A stretch of 64,000 nt of DNA from an uncultured virus (IMG/VR IMGVR_UViG_3300032322_002129). Taxonomy: Duplodnaviria > Heunggongvirae > Uroviricota > Caudoviricetes. The position numbers and the translations under genes are program-made. Numbering within the stretch: position 1 is the first letter of the stretch; each line of letters opens with the position of its first letter. Below are positions 47,158-57,500 of this stretch, one piece after another. The stretch is taken from IMG/VR virus record IMGVR_UViG_3300032322_002129, one strand, 5' to 3'. The notes below the pieces were generated by a model. That model saw only the letters and a program-made list of their open reading frames with translations, was not told where the DNA came from and did no database searches.

Positions 47158-48792
47158 TTATACAATTTTACGTAATGCTTCAGCTAGTGAAGCATGCGTG
47201 ATAAGTGATTCGGTAAAGATTGGTTCTGGAATTGGTTGGTGGATAGATGCTTGTGATTTATTTTTTTCCCGCGCAAAATCACGAACATATTGTTCGAATA
47301 CGCGGTCAGTCATCTCCAAAATGACATCTTCGCGCTCAGCCCATTCAGCTTCGCGCATCACCACACCAGCTGAACTTAGTTGCTGTTTGCGTTGAACGAT
47401 AAGCGATGCCTTTCGTTCTGCCTCTGCTTTTACTCGTTCAATTTCTGCGAGGGTGAGTTGTGCTCTGTTTAGATCTTCGCGCACACCTGCAAGCTCAGCT
47501 TGTGATTTACTAAGCTCTTGCTGAAGTGATGTAATTCGCTGAACAAGATCTTGCAAACTTGCAGAAAACGATTCGGCAAATGGCTTCATATCCATGTACT
47601 TCTTTTTCTTCTTTTTGTAGGCTTCTACTTCTGGTAGTAAATTATCAAATACGCCTACCATGGATGTTTGAAGCTGATTCATCATCATGTAAAACAACTC
47701 AATAAGTGCTTCAAACTCTTCTTCTAATGGATCTTCCATATCATTCTCAGGCATAACACCAGGAGTATCACCAGGCATATCACCTGAATATGGTTCATCC
47801 ATGCTTGATTCTGCTTCAAGTACAGGATCTACATTTTGATCTTCAATAGTATCTTCAGTAGTATTTGACATTGATTCACTTTTTGGTTCTTCACTTTGGC
47901 TTTCTGCCCAACTCATTGCACGTCGTGAGCTGGTAGAAGATCCACCACCCCAGAGCGCGTGGGCAACAACACCAGGTGAAGGATAATCTTTGTGTCCAGG
48001 CTTTGCAGACGGAGCAGTAAGATCAACCATATGACGAGCAAACCATGCAGCCATACGTTTTGCTTTATCACGACTAATTGATCCAGAAGCCATCTGCCTT
48101 GCTTCACGCACAGTTTGTGCTGTTACCCCATCTCCGGATTTTCCTTCTTCGTGCCACTTTAATCCACGCCGCGCATTATTTCTAATCCATTGAGGAACAC
48201 TTACTGCTGCAACTTCATGCTCTTGTTCAGCTTCTTGTTCAATATTTTGTTCTTTCTTTGCAATAGTTTCTGCAATAGCAAGAATACGTGTTCTGTTTGG
48301 GCCATATGCGGGGGTATCAACAATACACGTTCCAGCAAGGATACAATCACTTAACCATTCAACACCAGATTCATCTACCGTTGAATCGCTGTGATAGATT
48401 TCCCAAGATGTTCCAACACCTTCAGCAAACATTTCTTTAAGGTATGTAGCAATATCGGAATGATCTTCTGTCCAAATAACTGCTTCCCCTTTTACTACTT
48501 CCCGCCCATTATCAGTATCTTCATATACTCGTACAATTGGGCCTAAAGGGATTGCTCCAGAATGACCATGAAATTGCTCACCATCAAAGTTAATGCGAAG
48601 CGGCATGTTTAATGCAGATCGCATAATGTTTGCTTTTTCACGTAATGGAATAGCTTGATTGTTAATATTTGGCTCAAAGTCGGTAAGAATAAGCCCTACT
48701 CTTGTCTGTAGTGGGTTGTTTGATTCACTCACTGCGGCTGATGATTGAATATACCCACGAGCGAGTGCTTTATGCACTCTGGCTTCTGTCAT
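47158..48792 (-). CDS. Prohead protease-scaffold fusion with an inserted helical domain
   Basis: H, SWEI and IVDTPAY protease-like motifs; acidic linker; C-terminal coiled coil. Confidence 0.75.
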   Translation of the reverse strand: MTEARVHKALARGYIQSSAAVSESNNPLQTRVGLILTDFEPNINNQAIPLREKANIMRSALNMPLRINFDGEQFHGHSGAIPLGPIVRVYEDTDNGREVVKGEAVIWTEDHSDIATYLKEMFAEGVGTSWEIYHSDSTVDESGVEWLSDCILAGTCIVDTPAYGPNRTRILAIAETIAKKEQNIEQEAEQEHEVAAVSVPQWIRNNARRGLKWHEEGKSGDGVTAQTVREARQMASGSISRDKAKRMAAWFARHMVDLTAPSAKPGHKDYPSPGVVAHALWGGGSSTSSRRAMSWAESQSEEPKSESMSNTTEDTIEDQNVDPVLEAESSMDEPYSGDMPGDTPGVMPENDMEDPLEEEFEALIELFYMMMNQLQTSMVGVFDNLLPEVEAYKKKKKKYMDMKPFAESFSASLQDLVQRITSLQQELSKSQAELAGVREDLNRAQLTLAEIERVKAEAERKASLIVQRKQQLSSAGVVMREAEWAEREDVILEMTDRVFEQYVRDFAREKNKSQASIHQPIPEPIFTESLITHASLAEALRKIV

Positions 48793-48851
48793 AGCACACC
48801 CCTTGAGATAAAAAGTATCTCTATATAATATGTAATAGTTTTTTCACAAAA

Positions 48852-49625
48852 TTAAAATACCGTACTACAGATACCAACACATTCAGTACTTGGATCGTAG
48901 GAAAATAAATCTAATTGAAGTGATTCATGCTCTAACTGAATGCGTAAATCTTCTAAACTTATTGAGGAATGAAATGTAGACTTTCTTCCAATTTCTTTGG
49001 AAAACTCTTTTTCTACTCGTTCTCTTTCTGCATATACTTCTGGAAGTGTTCGGTAGAGATGTTTCCAGCTATTTATACCTTGGCGCACACATCCACCAGC
49101 ACAGTTGTTATGAGTAAAACCTAATTTGTATAATAAAGGTTGTTCAATATTTGCATCTTTAAGAAATTGATCTATCTGTTCATCAGTAACATTTTCAGTT
49201 ATTAAAGGAAAACGTAGGTAACAAGGTTTATTATTTCTAGCAGAAAGAGAAGCGTATACGTCTGTTATTCGTTTTGCACGATGTGATTCGTGCGGGGCAA
49301 TACCAAAAACAAGAATATCATGCGGTTGATAGAACTCCTGTAATCTCTTACCTTTTAACGTTGAAGAGCAGAATGGATGACGATCTGAGCCAAGCATACC
49401 TTGCTCAAAAAAAAGATCTTCAGGAGTTCTACCATCTACATCATATACAATTTCTTTAGTAAAGTACGCAGAAAGATCTTGTAGAAATCGATATAGATCG
49501 CTATGTTCCCATTTTGTATCGTTAAAATACAGAATAACTGAATCTTTAGGATAGGTCTTTAATGCCCAGTCTGCACACCATGCACTTGCTTTTCCTCCAC
49601 TAAGTGCGACGATAACTCTTGACAT
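48852..49625 (-). CDS. PAPS-reductase-like (PP-loop) protein with Cys cluster
   Basis: LSGGKAS, DT.WEH.DLYRFL, CS..LK, HNNC.GGCV. Confidence 0.82.
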   Translation of the reverse strand: MSRVIVALSGGKASAWCADWALKTYPKDSVILYFNDTKWEHSDLYRFLQDLSAYFTKEIVYDVDGRTPEDLFFEQGMLGSDRHPFCSSTLKGKRLQEFYQPHDILVFGIAPHESHRAKRITDVYASLSARNNKPCYLRFPLITENVTDEQIDQFLKDANIEQPLLYKLGFTHNNCAGGCVRQGINSWKHLYRTLPEVYAERERVEKEFSKEIGRKSTFHSSISLEDLRIQLEHESLQLDLFSYDPSTECVGICSTVF

Positions 49626-50026
49626 GCTTCTCCTTTAGATCGGTATTTTTTAACAATAGCGCGCACTGTTTGATAACTTACTGGATCATCTAGTAGCTTT
49701 GCGAGGGAACGATATGATAGATTCTTATTTTTCATTCCACGCACAACTAAATCTCTGTCTTGATCATACAGCGCTAGAATGTCATTTACTATTTTCCAGG
49801 AAATAGGAGGTCTTCCATTACGTTTCTGTATTTCTACTAAATTACCAGTATGATCAGTATAAAGAGAGTAACATTCTTTTTGATCAATTGTTTGTTGTAC
49901 ATTATCCATACGCAATAAACTAGTAAACCATGATTCTTTCATTGAATTACCGTACTGAAGAAAACACGATTTACATAACTTCATCTTTGGTGCAATCTTT
50001 GTAGTACAAAGAATACATGTTCTCAT
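49559..50026 (-). CDS. Zn-finger + HTH putative regulator
   Basis: C..C...LC..C; GRPP; LSYRSLAK..VSYQTVRAI. Confidence 0.65.
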   Translation of the reverse strand: MRTCILCTTKIAPKMKLCKSCFLQYGNSMKESWFTSLLRMDNVQQTIDQKECYSLYTDHTGNLVEIQKRNGRPPISWKIVNDILALYDQDRDLVVRGMKNKNLSYRSLAKLLDDPVSYQTVRAIVKKYRSKGEACQELSSHLVEEKQVHGVQTGH

Positions 50027-50110
50027 AGAGAAACTCCTTTACATGTATATAAGTAATAGTTTTTTCACACTTTTGTAGATACTTTTGCGCGCAAAAAGTA
50101 TTACCTACAT

Positions 50111-50139
50111 ACTATAGCACAAAATACTATATTTGTCAA
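50111..50139 (-). promoter_or_regulatory. Sigma-70 promoter (leftward)
   Basis: TTGACA-N17-TATAGT. Confidence 0.7.
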
Positions 50140-50599
50140 CTACTGCGTATTTTTAAAAACTCTTTACACTCTACCAGTAAGCTATCTGATAAGCTATCCA
50201 GTAAGCTACCAGGTATTCTTTGTATATTCTTTATATATGCTTTCTGTACATGCTCTTTGTATATTCTTTCTGGTTATTCTTTCTGGTTATAGCTATCTGG
50301 ATGATCATGTATATAATATATATTATACATGCGCACGCGCACACGCATGAGAGCATTATGTAAAGTTATACTAGTAGCTATTGTTGATAGAATATCTCAA
50401 TAAATGCAAAATGCCCTGTAAGCCTCAAAAAGGGCATTTCTAGGCATTTTAAATCAAAACCCTAGTCAGGGTACCAAAAGTACTTTTCCGTAGCTCCTAG
50501 ACCCCTTCACGGCCCTCACAGAGGCATTGTAGAATATCGATAGTTGGCGGAGTAATTTGGTGGATGGTTTTTGAGATAATTTACTCACCCGCACATAAA

Positions 50600-50648
50600 A
50601 ATAGGGTAAAATTACCCTATTGACAATACTTAGTACATGTACTATAAT
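50600..50648 (+). promoter_or_regulatory. Sigma-70 promoter with a stem-loop overlapping -35
   Basis: AATAGGGTAA-AA-TTACCCTA-TTGACA-N17-TATAAT. Confidence 0.85.
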
Positions 50649-50699
50649 TACAGCACAATTTTAATGAGTATAAACTAGTTTTAAAGATAGTGAGGTTTT

Positions 50700-51146
50700 A
50701 TGGCAGATTTTAATCAAAATAGATTTAAAAGCAATAATCAATCTTGGGAAACACCAGATTATTTATTTGATAGATTAAATAAAATATTTAATTTTACAAG
50801 AGATGTTTGTGCTTCAAAAGATAATACAAAGTGTGAACAATATTGGTCTGAAGAAGATTCTTGTTTAGATAAACAGTGGGATGGTGTAAACTGGATGAAT
50901 CCACCATATAAAAATATGAAGTTTTTTATTAAAAAAGCATATGAAGAAAGAAAAAATGCTATAACTGTATGTTTAATTCCAGCAAGAACTAACACTCGTT
51001 GGTGGCACGATTATTGTATGAAGGGAGAGGTTTTGTTTATTTGTGGTAGACCAAAGTTTAAAGGATGTACACATGGTCTTCCTCAACCTTTAGCTTTAGT
51101 TATTTTTGGAAAAACTAGTAAGGTTATGGATTCTTTTTATTTGTAA
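50700..51146 (+). CDS. Phage N6-adenine DNA methyltransferase (Dam-like)
   Basis: WETP, D.CA, WMNPPY, LIPART.T.WW. Confidence 0.92.
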   Translation: MADFNQNRFKSNNQSWETPDYLFDRLNKIFNFTRDVCASKDNTKCEQYWSEEDSCLDKQWDGVNWMNPPYKNMKFFIKKAYEERKNAITVCLIPARTNTRWWHDYCMKGEVLFICGRPKFKGCTHGLPQPLALVIFGKTSKVMDSFYL

Positions 51147-51147
51147 A

Positions 51148-51197
51148 AATAGGGGAAAAATTACCCTATTGACAGAATACTTTGTGCGTGCTATAAT
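51148..51197 (+). promoter_or_regulatory. Second copy of the stem-loop sigma-70 promoter
   Basis: AATAGGG...CCCTA-TTGACA-N17-TATAAT. Confidence 0.85.
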
Positions 51198-51230
51198 AAA
51201 ACCTGAAAGCAACTAACAAAGGGAGGTGAT

Positions 51231-51572
51231 ATGGTAAAGATTAAAGTTGCATCGAAAGAGTTCTATATCCCAAAAGAAATTATGTTCTACCCGGATCAGA
51301 TCCTTGATGAGCGTACGAATATGTGGAGGATTTCATTCAATAGCGTTACAGAGCCAAGCCTTACACAAACACTCGCAACATTTGCAGCAAGTGTTAATTA
51401 TCAAGTAAGCCATATTTTTATCCATACTCCGAGTGTTACTGTAAAATATTACAATGTCAACATTCGTGTTACTCGTGATAGTGTATTATTTGTAGATTTT
51501 GAAACAGAGGCTAAACCATCAAATGTTGTTGTATCATTTAAATCAAAGCAGCAACATGTGGGGGTAATGTAA
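51231..51572 (+). CDS. Hypothetical protein
   Basis: GGAGG RBS. Confidence 0.75.
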   Translation: MVKIKVASKEFYIPKEIMFYPDQILDERTNMWRISFNSVTEPSLTQTLATFAASVNYQVSHIFIHTPSVTVKYYNVNIRVTRDSVLFVDFETEAKPSNVVVSFKSKQQHVGVM

Positions 51573-51593
51573 AATACTAACAAGGAGTATCGT

Positions 51594-52217
51594 ATGAAGA
51601 TCAGTGACTACCCAACCCTAGCTATGCGAACCGCAGTATATCCTAAAGAGCACAGCTTGAGCTATCCAATTCTTGGACTTATCAGTGAGCTTATCGAACT
51701 ACATGACAAGGCTTCACAGACTACGCCAAAGTATGTACAGCACAATACACTTATTCGTGACAACATCCGTGCTGAACTTGGTGATGTGTATTGGTACATG
51801 GCTGCTATCTGTGTTCATTTTGATTGGAAGTTTGAAGAGCTTATTGATCCCGCGCACATGTCAAACACTGGATACAATGCAAACTTTTATCTTCCTGATA
51901 ATTATCTTCTTGTCCATATCGGAGATCTCGCCGGTAAGGCAAAGAAGCTGTTGCGCGGTGATTATACTGGTACGTCTGGAGCAGAAGATTATATCTGGCG
52001 CTCACTAAAGGCAATTCACACCATTCTGCTAGAGTGGATGTTGTACTTGTGTATTGATGAAGATCTGCCAGAAGCACCACGAGATCTCTTTCCTGAGCCA
52101 AGCGTATGGCTGACTCGTGACTACGCTCTTATCTACGCAACATTGAATGAAAATATCGCAAAGCTGTCACAGCGTCTAGATCGTGGAACCATTCAGGGTG
52201 ATGGTGATAATCGGTAA
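51594..52217 (+). CDS. MazG-like NTP pyrophosphohydrolase (internally duplicated)
   Basis: RTA.YP, LGL.SE, ELGDV.WY, N..KL..R..RG.I.G.GDNR. Confidence 0.88.
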   Translation: MKISDYPTLAMRTAVYPKEHSLSYPILGLISELIELHDKASQTTPKYVQHNTLIRDNIRAELGDVYWYMAAICVHFDWKFEELIDPAHMSNTGYNANFYLPDNYLLVHIGDLAGKAKKLLRGDYTGTSGAEDYIWRSLKAIHTILLEWMLYLCIDEDLPEAPRDLFPEPSVWLTRDYALIYATLNENIAKLSQRLDRGTIQGDGDNR

Positions 52218-52381
52218 CTATTGTGCGCGTGAACATTAACAACTACACTTTTGTGTAAACGACATATTATGTAAACATAAGTGTGAAAAAAGTCTATCCT
52301 ATATATACAGGATAAACAAGTAAATAGGTAAGCAAGTACGTATGGATGTTGGGCATATGAAAATATGCCCAACTATTTTTC

Positions 52382-52741
52382 ATGAAAGGGATAATCATGC
52401 AATATCTTTTAGTTAATAACGCGAGTGTGCTAAAACAGATTGGCGATGGTATTCTTGTACGCTACTCTGTTTCTGCGTATGAAGGATCTCCTACAATTAC
52501 GAATAGTGATTATTCTTCTGGTTTGTTTTTGGGTGATTATGAGTTAGTTATTCTTGTGCGCGCACAAGATACTACAGAAATGATCAAAAACGCACTTATC
52601 GAAGCATTTCAAGCAATTACTATTTCTAACGACAAAGCACTTGCATTACGTGGTCAACGTGTGGATTGTTTGCTTACTGAAACTGCAAAACCTAAGTTAC
52701 CAAATTACACATTAAGCTATGGTGATAGCAATGGTAGCTAA
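52382..52741 (+). CDS. Hypothetical protein
   Basis: ORF with RBS, coupled to the next gene. Confidence 0.65.
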   Translation: MKGIIMQYLLVNNASVLKQIGDGILVRYSVSAYEGSPTITNSDYSSGLFLGDYELVILVRAQDTTEMIKNALIEAFQAITISNDKALALRGQRVDCLLTETAKPKLPNYTLSYGDSNGS

Positions 52742-53072
52742 AACATTACCAAACCTTCGCGCATATCCTGTACGTAATGCAATTGTTGTTATGACAGATT
52801 TTACGTACAAACATCGTCGTGTTGGGGTATTGTGGGTAGATAAAGATACTCACAAAAGCCTACAAGATTACTACGTAGGAGTAGTGTGCGCGAATGATAA
52901 TACAGAAGCAATTCTTCACTTCATGATCAACACCAACGCTATTACAACATATGGGAAGGAGTATGTATTTGATGAATTAGTATTTTATTTTGAAAATTAT
53001 CAACATCAACTCCCAAAAATGTGTATATGGGATGATGATTCTTATTGTATTATTGATGAGTATGAACAATGA
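52719..53072 (+). CDS. Hypothetical protein
   Basis: Coupled ORF. Confidence 0.65.
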   Translation: MVIAMVAKTLPNLRAYPVRNAIVVMTDFTYKHRRVGVLWVDKDTHKSLQDYYVGVVCANDNTEAILHFMINTNAITTYGKEYVFDELVFYFENYQHQLPKMCIWDDDSYCIIDEYEQ

Positions 53073-53782
53073 TTACATTACATCACAAAGACTGTCTAGA
53101 AGTGCTTGCAAGATTACCAAATAGCTCAATAAACCTAATTCTACAAGATCCTCCATATAATACAACAGCTTGTTCTTGGGAGTGGGATATATTCACACAA
53201 ATAGATACTTTCTGGTATGAATGGAAAAGAGTTCTTACACCAAATGGTGTTGTCGTCATGACCGCAAGTCAACCATTTACAAGTAAGTTAGTTGTAAGTA
53301 ATTTACCAATGTTTAAGTATGAGTTTGTGTGGGATAAAGTAATACCAAGAGGACATCTTGTTGCTAAAAAGCGCCCAATGCAACAGACTGAAAGTCTGCT
53401 TGTATTCTACGCAAAAGCACCGACGTATAATCCGCAAATGGTAGAAAGAGAGAAGCCAATTAGAGGTACTGAAGGAAAACGAACATCTATTATGGGTGGA
53501 GTATCAAAAGGCTACCCTAAAAAAGTATATACTCACAAATACCCTACAAACTTGTTAAAAATTAAACCAGAAAAAGAAAAACTACATCCTACTCAAAAAC
53601 CGGTTGATTTAATGAGTTATATTATTAAAACATACACTAATGAGAACGATGTAGTATTTGATGGATTTATGGGATCTGGTACCGTTGGAGTAGCTTGTAA
53701 AAAGTTAAGTAGGCAGTTTATTGGATGTGAGTTAAATCATAAGTATTTTGAAATAGCAAAAACAAGAATATATGGAGTATAA
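53069..53782 (+). CDS. N6-A/N4-C DNA methyltransferase (beta class)
   Basis: DPPY, HPTQKP, FMGSGT. Confidence 0.93.
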   Translation: MITLHHKDCLEVLARLPNSSINLILQDPPYNTTACSWEWDIFTQIDTFWYEWKRVLTPNGVVVMTASQPFTSKLVVSNLPMFKYEFVWDKVIPRGHLVAKKRPMQQTESLLVFYAKAPTYNPQMVEREKPIRGTEGKRTSIMGGVSKGYPKKVYTHKYPTNLLKIKPEKEKLHPTQKPVDLMSYIIKTYTNENDVVFDGFMGSGTVGVACKKLSRQFIGCELNHKYFEIAKTRIYGV

Positions 53783-54587
53783 TTTGACAACAATACTACA
53801 CCACAAAGACTGTCTAGAAATACTGAAAACACTACCAGATGCAAGTATTGATGCAGTAATTACCGATCCTCCATATCTTACTACTGATTTACACTTTGAC
53901 AAAGCAGGTAATGCGTTACACAATCCTCTACAATGGGTTCATGAGCTTTTACGAGTAGTTAAACCAAATGGCTATTTAGCACTCTTTTCACCAGTAGAAA
54001 TGCAAGCACAAGTTGCACAGATTTGGTCAATGCGTTTTAGTGGGGCTTGGGTAAAACCAGCTGGCTCTATGCGTACACACTCCGCAAAGAAGCCTATGAA
54101 CCAATGGGAGTTATACTGCGTTTTTGCTCATCCAAAACATAAAGTATCAGAGTTAACTTGGAATAAAGCAACATATGAAACTGGTAAGCCTTGGAAAAAA
54201 GTAAAAAGAAACCTTGGTTATAAGCGTGATGGAAAAGATCAACTAGACCGTTCTGATACTTCTGCTTGGACAGAAGAAGGGTATGTAGGATCAAGCGATG
54301 GGCGTAGATATTATACTGATACACTTTTTGGTGGTCAGAAAGCCTATATGCCAATGGCAGAACGTACTATTCATCCTACACAGAAACCAATTGCAGTAGT
54401 AGAAGTATTAGTACAGTGGTTAACGAATACTGGTGAAACAGTACTTGATCCGTTTATGGGGTCTGGTACTACAGGAGTTGCTGCAAAGAAGTTTGATCGT
54501 CAGTTTATTGGTGTGGAATGTAATCATGCGTATTTTTGTATTGCGAGAGATCGTATTGAGAGTTATACTGTGCGCGCACAAGAATAA
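53772..54587 (+). CDS. N6-A/N4-C DNA methyltransferase (beta class)
   Basis: TDPPY, HPTQKP, DPFMGSGT. Confidence 0.93.
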   Translation: MEYNLTTILHHKDCLEILKTLPDASIDAVITDPPYLTTDLHFDKAGNALHNPLQWVHELLRVVKPNGYLALFSPVEMQAQVAQIWSMRFSGAWVKPAGSMRTHSAKKPMNQWELYCVFAHPKHKVSELTWNKATYETGKPWKKVKRNLGYKRDGKDQLDRSDTSAWTEEGYVGSSDGRRYYTDTLFGGQKAYMPMAERTIHPTQKPIAVVEVLVQWLTNTGETVLDPFMGSGTTGVAAKKFDRQFIGVECNHAYFCIARDRIESYTVRAQE

Positions 54588-54598
54588 GGGGAAATTGC

Positions 54599-57500
54599 AT
54601 GTCAACATTTAGTGATACTATTTTAGCTCATAAGTACCTAAACAAAGATCTTGGTGAAACATCATGGGATGATGTTGCTCGTCGTGTTGCTTGGGAGGTT
54701 GTGGGGAAGAACTATCCGAGGGCTTACAAAGAAGTCTACCAGATTATTAAAGATAAGAAGTTTATTCCTGGTGGACGTTACCTGTATGCTGCTGGACGTC
54801 CGTATCATCAGACACAGAACTGTTTTGCTGCTGAAACACGTGTTCCATTTTATGAAAATAATCAATTTTGTGTAAAAACTGCACCAATTAAAGATCTTGT
54901 TGGAAAGCCAGATCTAGTGATTATGACAACTGGTGGTACGTGGACACAGGCAGAGATTAAGTCATTTGGTGTGCAAAAGCTCTCAAAGATTACACTTCAA
55001 CGACAGATTAACATTTATATGATTTCTGATGGTGGTACGTTAGAGACGTATGAAGAGAAAGTGATTTATGCTACACCAGGTCACTCTTGGCGTGTGCGCG
55101 CTGTAAACACAGATACCAAAGAAGTAAAGAAGCAAGAAGTACAGACAAAACATCTGAAGCCTAAGATGGAGTTGTGGGATGTATACGATCGCGCACATCG
55201 TTGGACTGTGATGTCTGTAGAAAAGACGGATCGTGAAGAGGAAGTATTTTGCGCGGTAGTAGAAAATACCCGTGAGTTTGTCATTGATGGAGATATTCTC
55301 ACAGGAAACTGTCTACTGCTTGATGTAGAAGATACTCGCCAAGCATGGGCTGATCTCTCTCGCAGATCGGTAGAAGGTCTTTCTACTGGTGCTGGTATTG
55401 GTGTGGTGTATTCAAAGATCCGCCCAAATGGAAGCCCTATCCGTGGTATGGGTGGTAAGGCTACTGGCCCTATTGCATTGATGCAGATGATCAATGAGCT
55501 TGGTAGGCATATTCAGCAGGGTGGAAGTAGGCGGTCGGCTCTCTGGGCTGGGCTTCACTGGAACCATGCAGATGTTCATGATTTTATTGCATTGAAGAAT
55601 TGGATTCCTGAAGTGCGTGCGCTAAAGGAAAAAGATTTTAATTTCCCCGCACCAATGGATGGTACAAACATTAGTGTTATTCTTGATGATGATTTCTTCA
55701 AAGCATATCATGATACCAATAACCCACAACATGTTCATGCACATGATGTGCATAAAAAAGTTGTGAAAAGTATGCTAAAGACTGGGGAGCCCGGCTACAG
55801 TGCCGACGTTGGTAAGAATGCCGGTGAGCATCTTCGAAATGCACCAGTAACCGCTGATACGTATGTATTGACTAAGCAGGGATACAAAAAGGTGCGCGAT
55901 ATTGTAAACACTTCAACAGAGCTATGGACAGGAAAACAGTGGGCTGTAGCTACATTTACCAAGACTGGTGAGAACGTTCCAGTAGTACGAGTAGAGATGA
56001 CTGGTGGGCGTGTTATTCGATGTGATCCTTCTCATGAGTTTTTTGTGAATGTATTTTCTTTAGAAAATGCTCGTAGGAAATTTAGTGATGTTATGAAAGT
56101 CCGCGCACAAGATCTAGAACCAGATATGGTGCTTCATACATCACTACCACCAGTACACAACGAGCAGCAAGTAGATCGTGATGCGTACACGTTAGGCTAT
56201 CTGTATGCTGATGGAGTATTTACCAAAAACAGCGCATATGTACATGTACCATGTAACACTGATGCTGCTGCAAGGCTATACACCAATTTACTTGTTTCAA
56301 GTAGGTATAAGTCTGCTAAAGTTATCAATGAGGGAGGTTTAGCCAAAGTTATTTACAAATCAGATAAGGAATATTGGTCTGGTAGAAAGAAAACTATCTT
56401 TCCAGAAGAGGTATACACCTACAACACAAATCAAATTGTTTCATTTCTTGCTGGACTATTTGATGGTGCTGGTGTATTCAACGCAGATCAAGCGCGTGTG
56501 CGGCTAGTTTCAAAAGACAAAACCTTTCTTCGATCAATTGCACGTCTACTAGAACAAGTAGGTATCTTTGCAGGAGTTGGTAAATCTGGATATTCAAAAA
56601 CTGGCATGCAGCGATGGTGTTTAAATATTATGCACGATTACCTTTCTGCATTTGTTACAACTATCCCATGCCAGATTTTTAAACCTGATGTCAGTGAGTA
56701 TGAGTCATATCGCGCATCAGATATTCGTGTACTCTCTGTTACAGAAGACGGTGCAGAGGATGTGTTTTGCTGTGATGTGGGTGTTCCAGAGCACTCCTTT
56801 ATGGCTGAAGGTATTATTATTTCTAACTGCACTGAGGTAACAAGTGCTGATGATTCGGATGTTTGTAACATTAGCTCTATCAATCTTGCTCGTATTGAAA
56901 CGCTGGATGAGTTTAAGCATGTAGTCAATCTTGCAATGATCTTCCTACTCTGCGGTACCTTATACAGCAAAGTGCCGTTTGCAGAAGTTGCAGCAACACG
57001 CGAGAAGAATAGACGTCTTGGATTAGGTTTAATGGGCATGCATGAATGGCTTCTTGTGCGCGGGAAGAAGTATGGCCCAGATCCAGAATTAGCCACATGG
57101 CTAGAACACTATAGCACATCAACAGATATTGCAGCAGGATATGCTGATGAGCTTGGTATTAGCCGTTCGGTAAAGACACGGGCTATTGCTCCAACAGGCA
57201 CCATTAGTATTATTGCAGAAACAACATCTGGTATCGAACCATTGTTCTGCTCTGCATTTAAGCGCCGATACTTGAAGGGAAATACCTGGCATTACCAATA
57301 TGTGGTCGATGCAACAGCACAGCGTATTATTGAGCGTGGTGTTGATCCTGATAGCATTGAAGACGCATATTCACTGGCAAATGATGTAGAACGCCGATTG
57401 GCATTCCAGTCGTTTGTACAGCAGTATGTTGACCACGGTATTTCTAGCACGATCAATCTTCCTGCTTGGGGAAGTGATTTGAATAATGAAACACGGGTTG

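Noticed and set aside
286..47395. Numerous plus-strand ORFs antisense to minus-strand genes (and minus-strand ORFs beyond 50.7 kb)
   Set aside because: They overlap well-supported genes and lack RBSs or motifs; shadow ORFs
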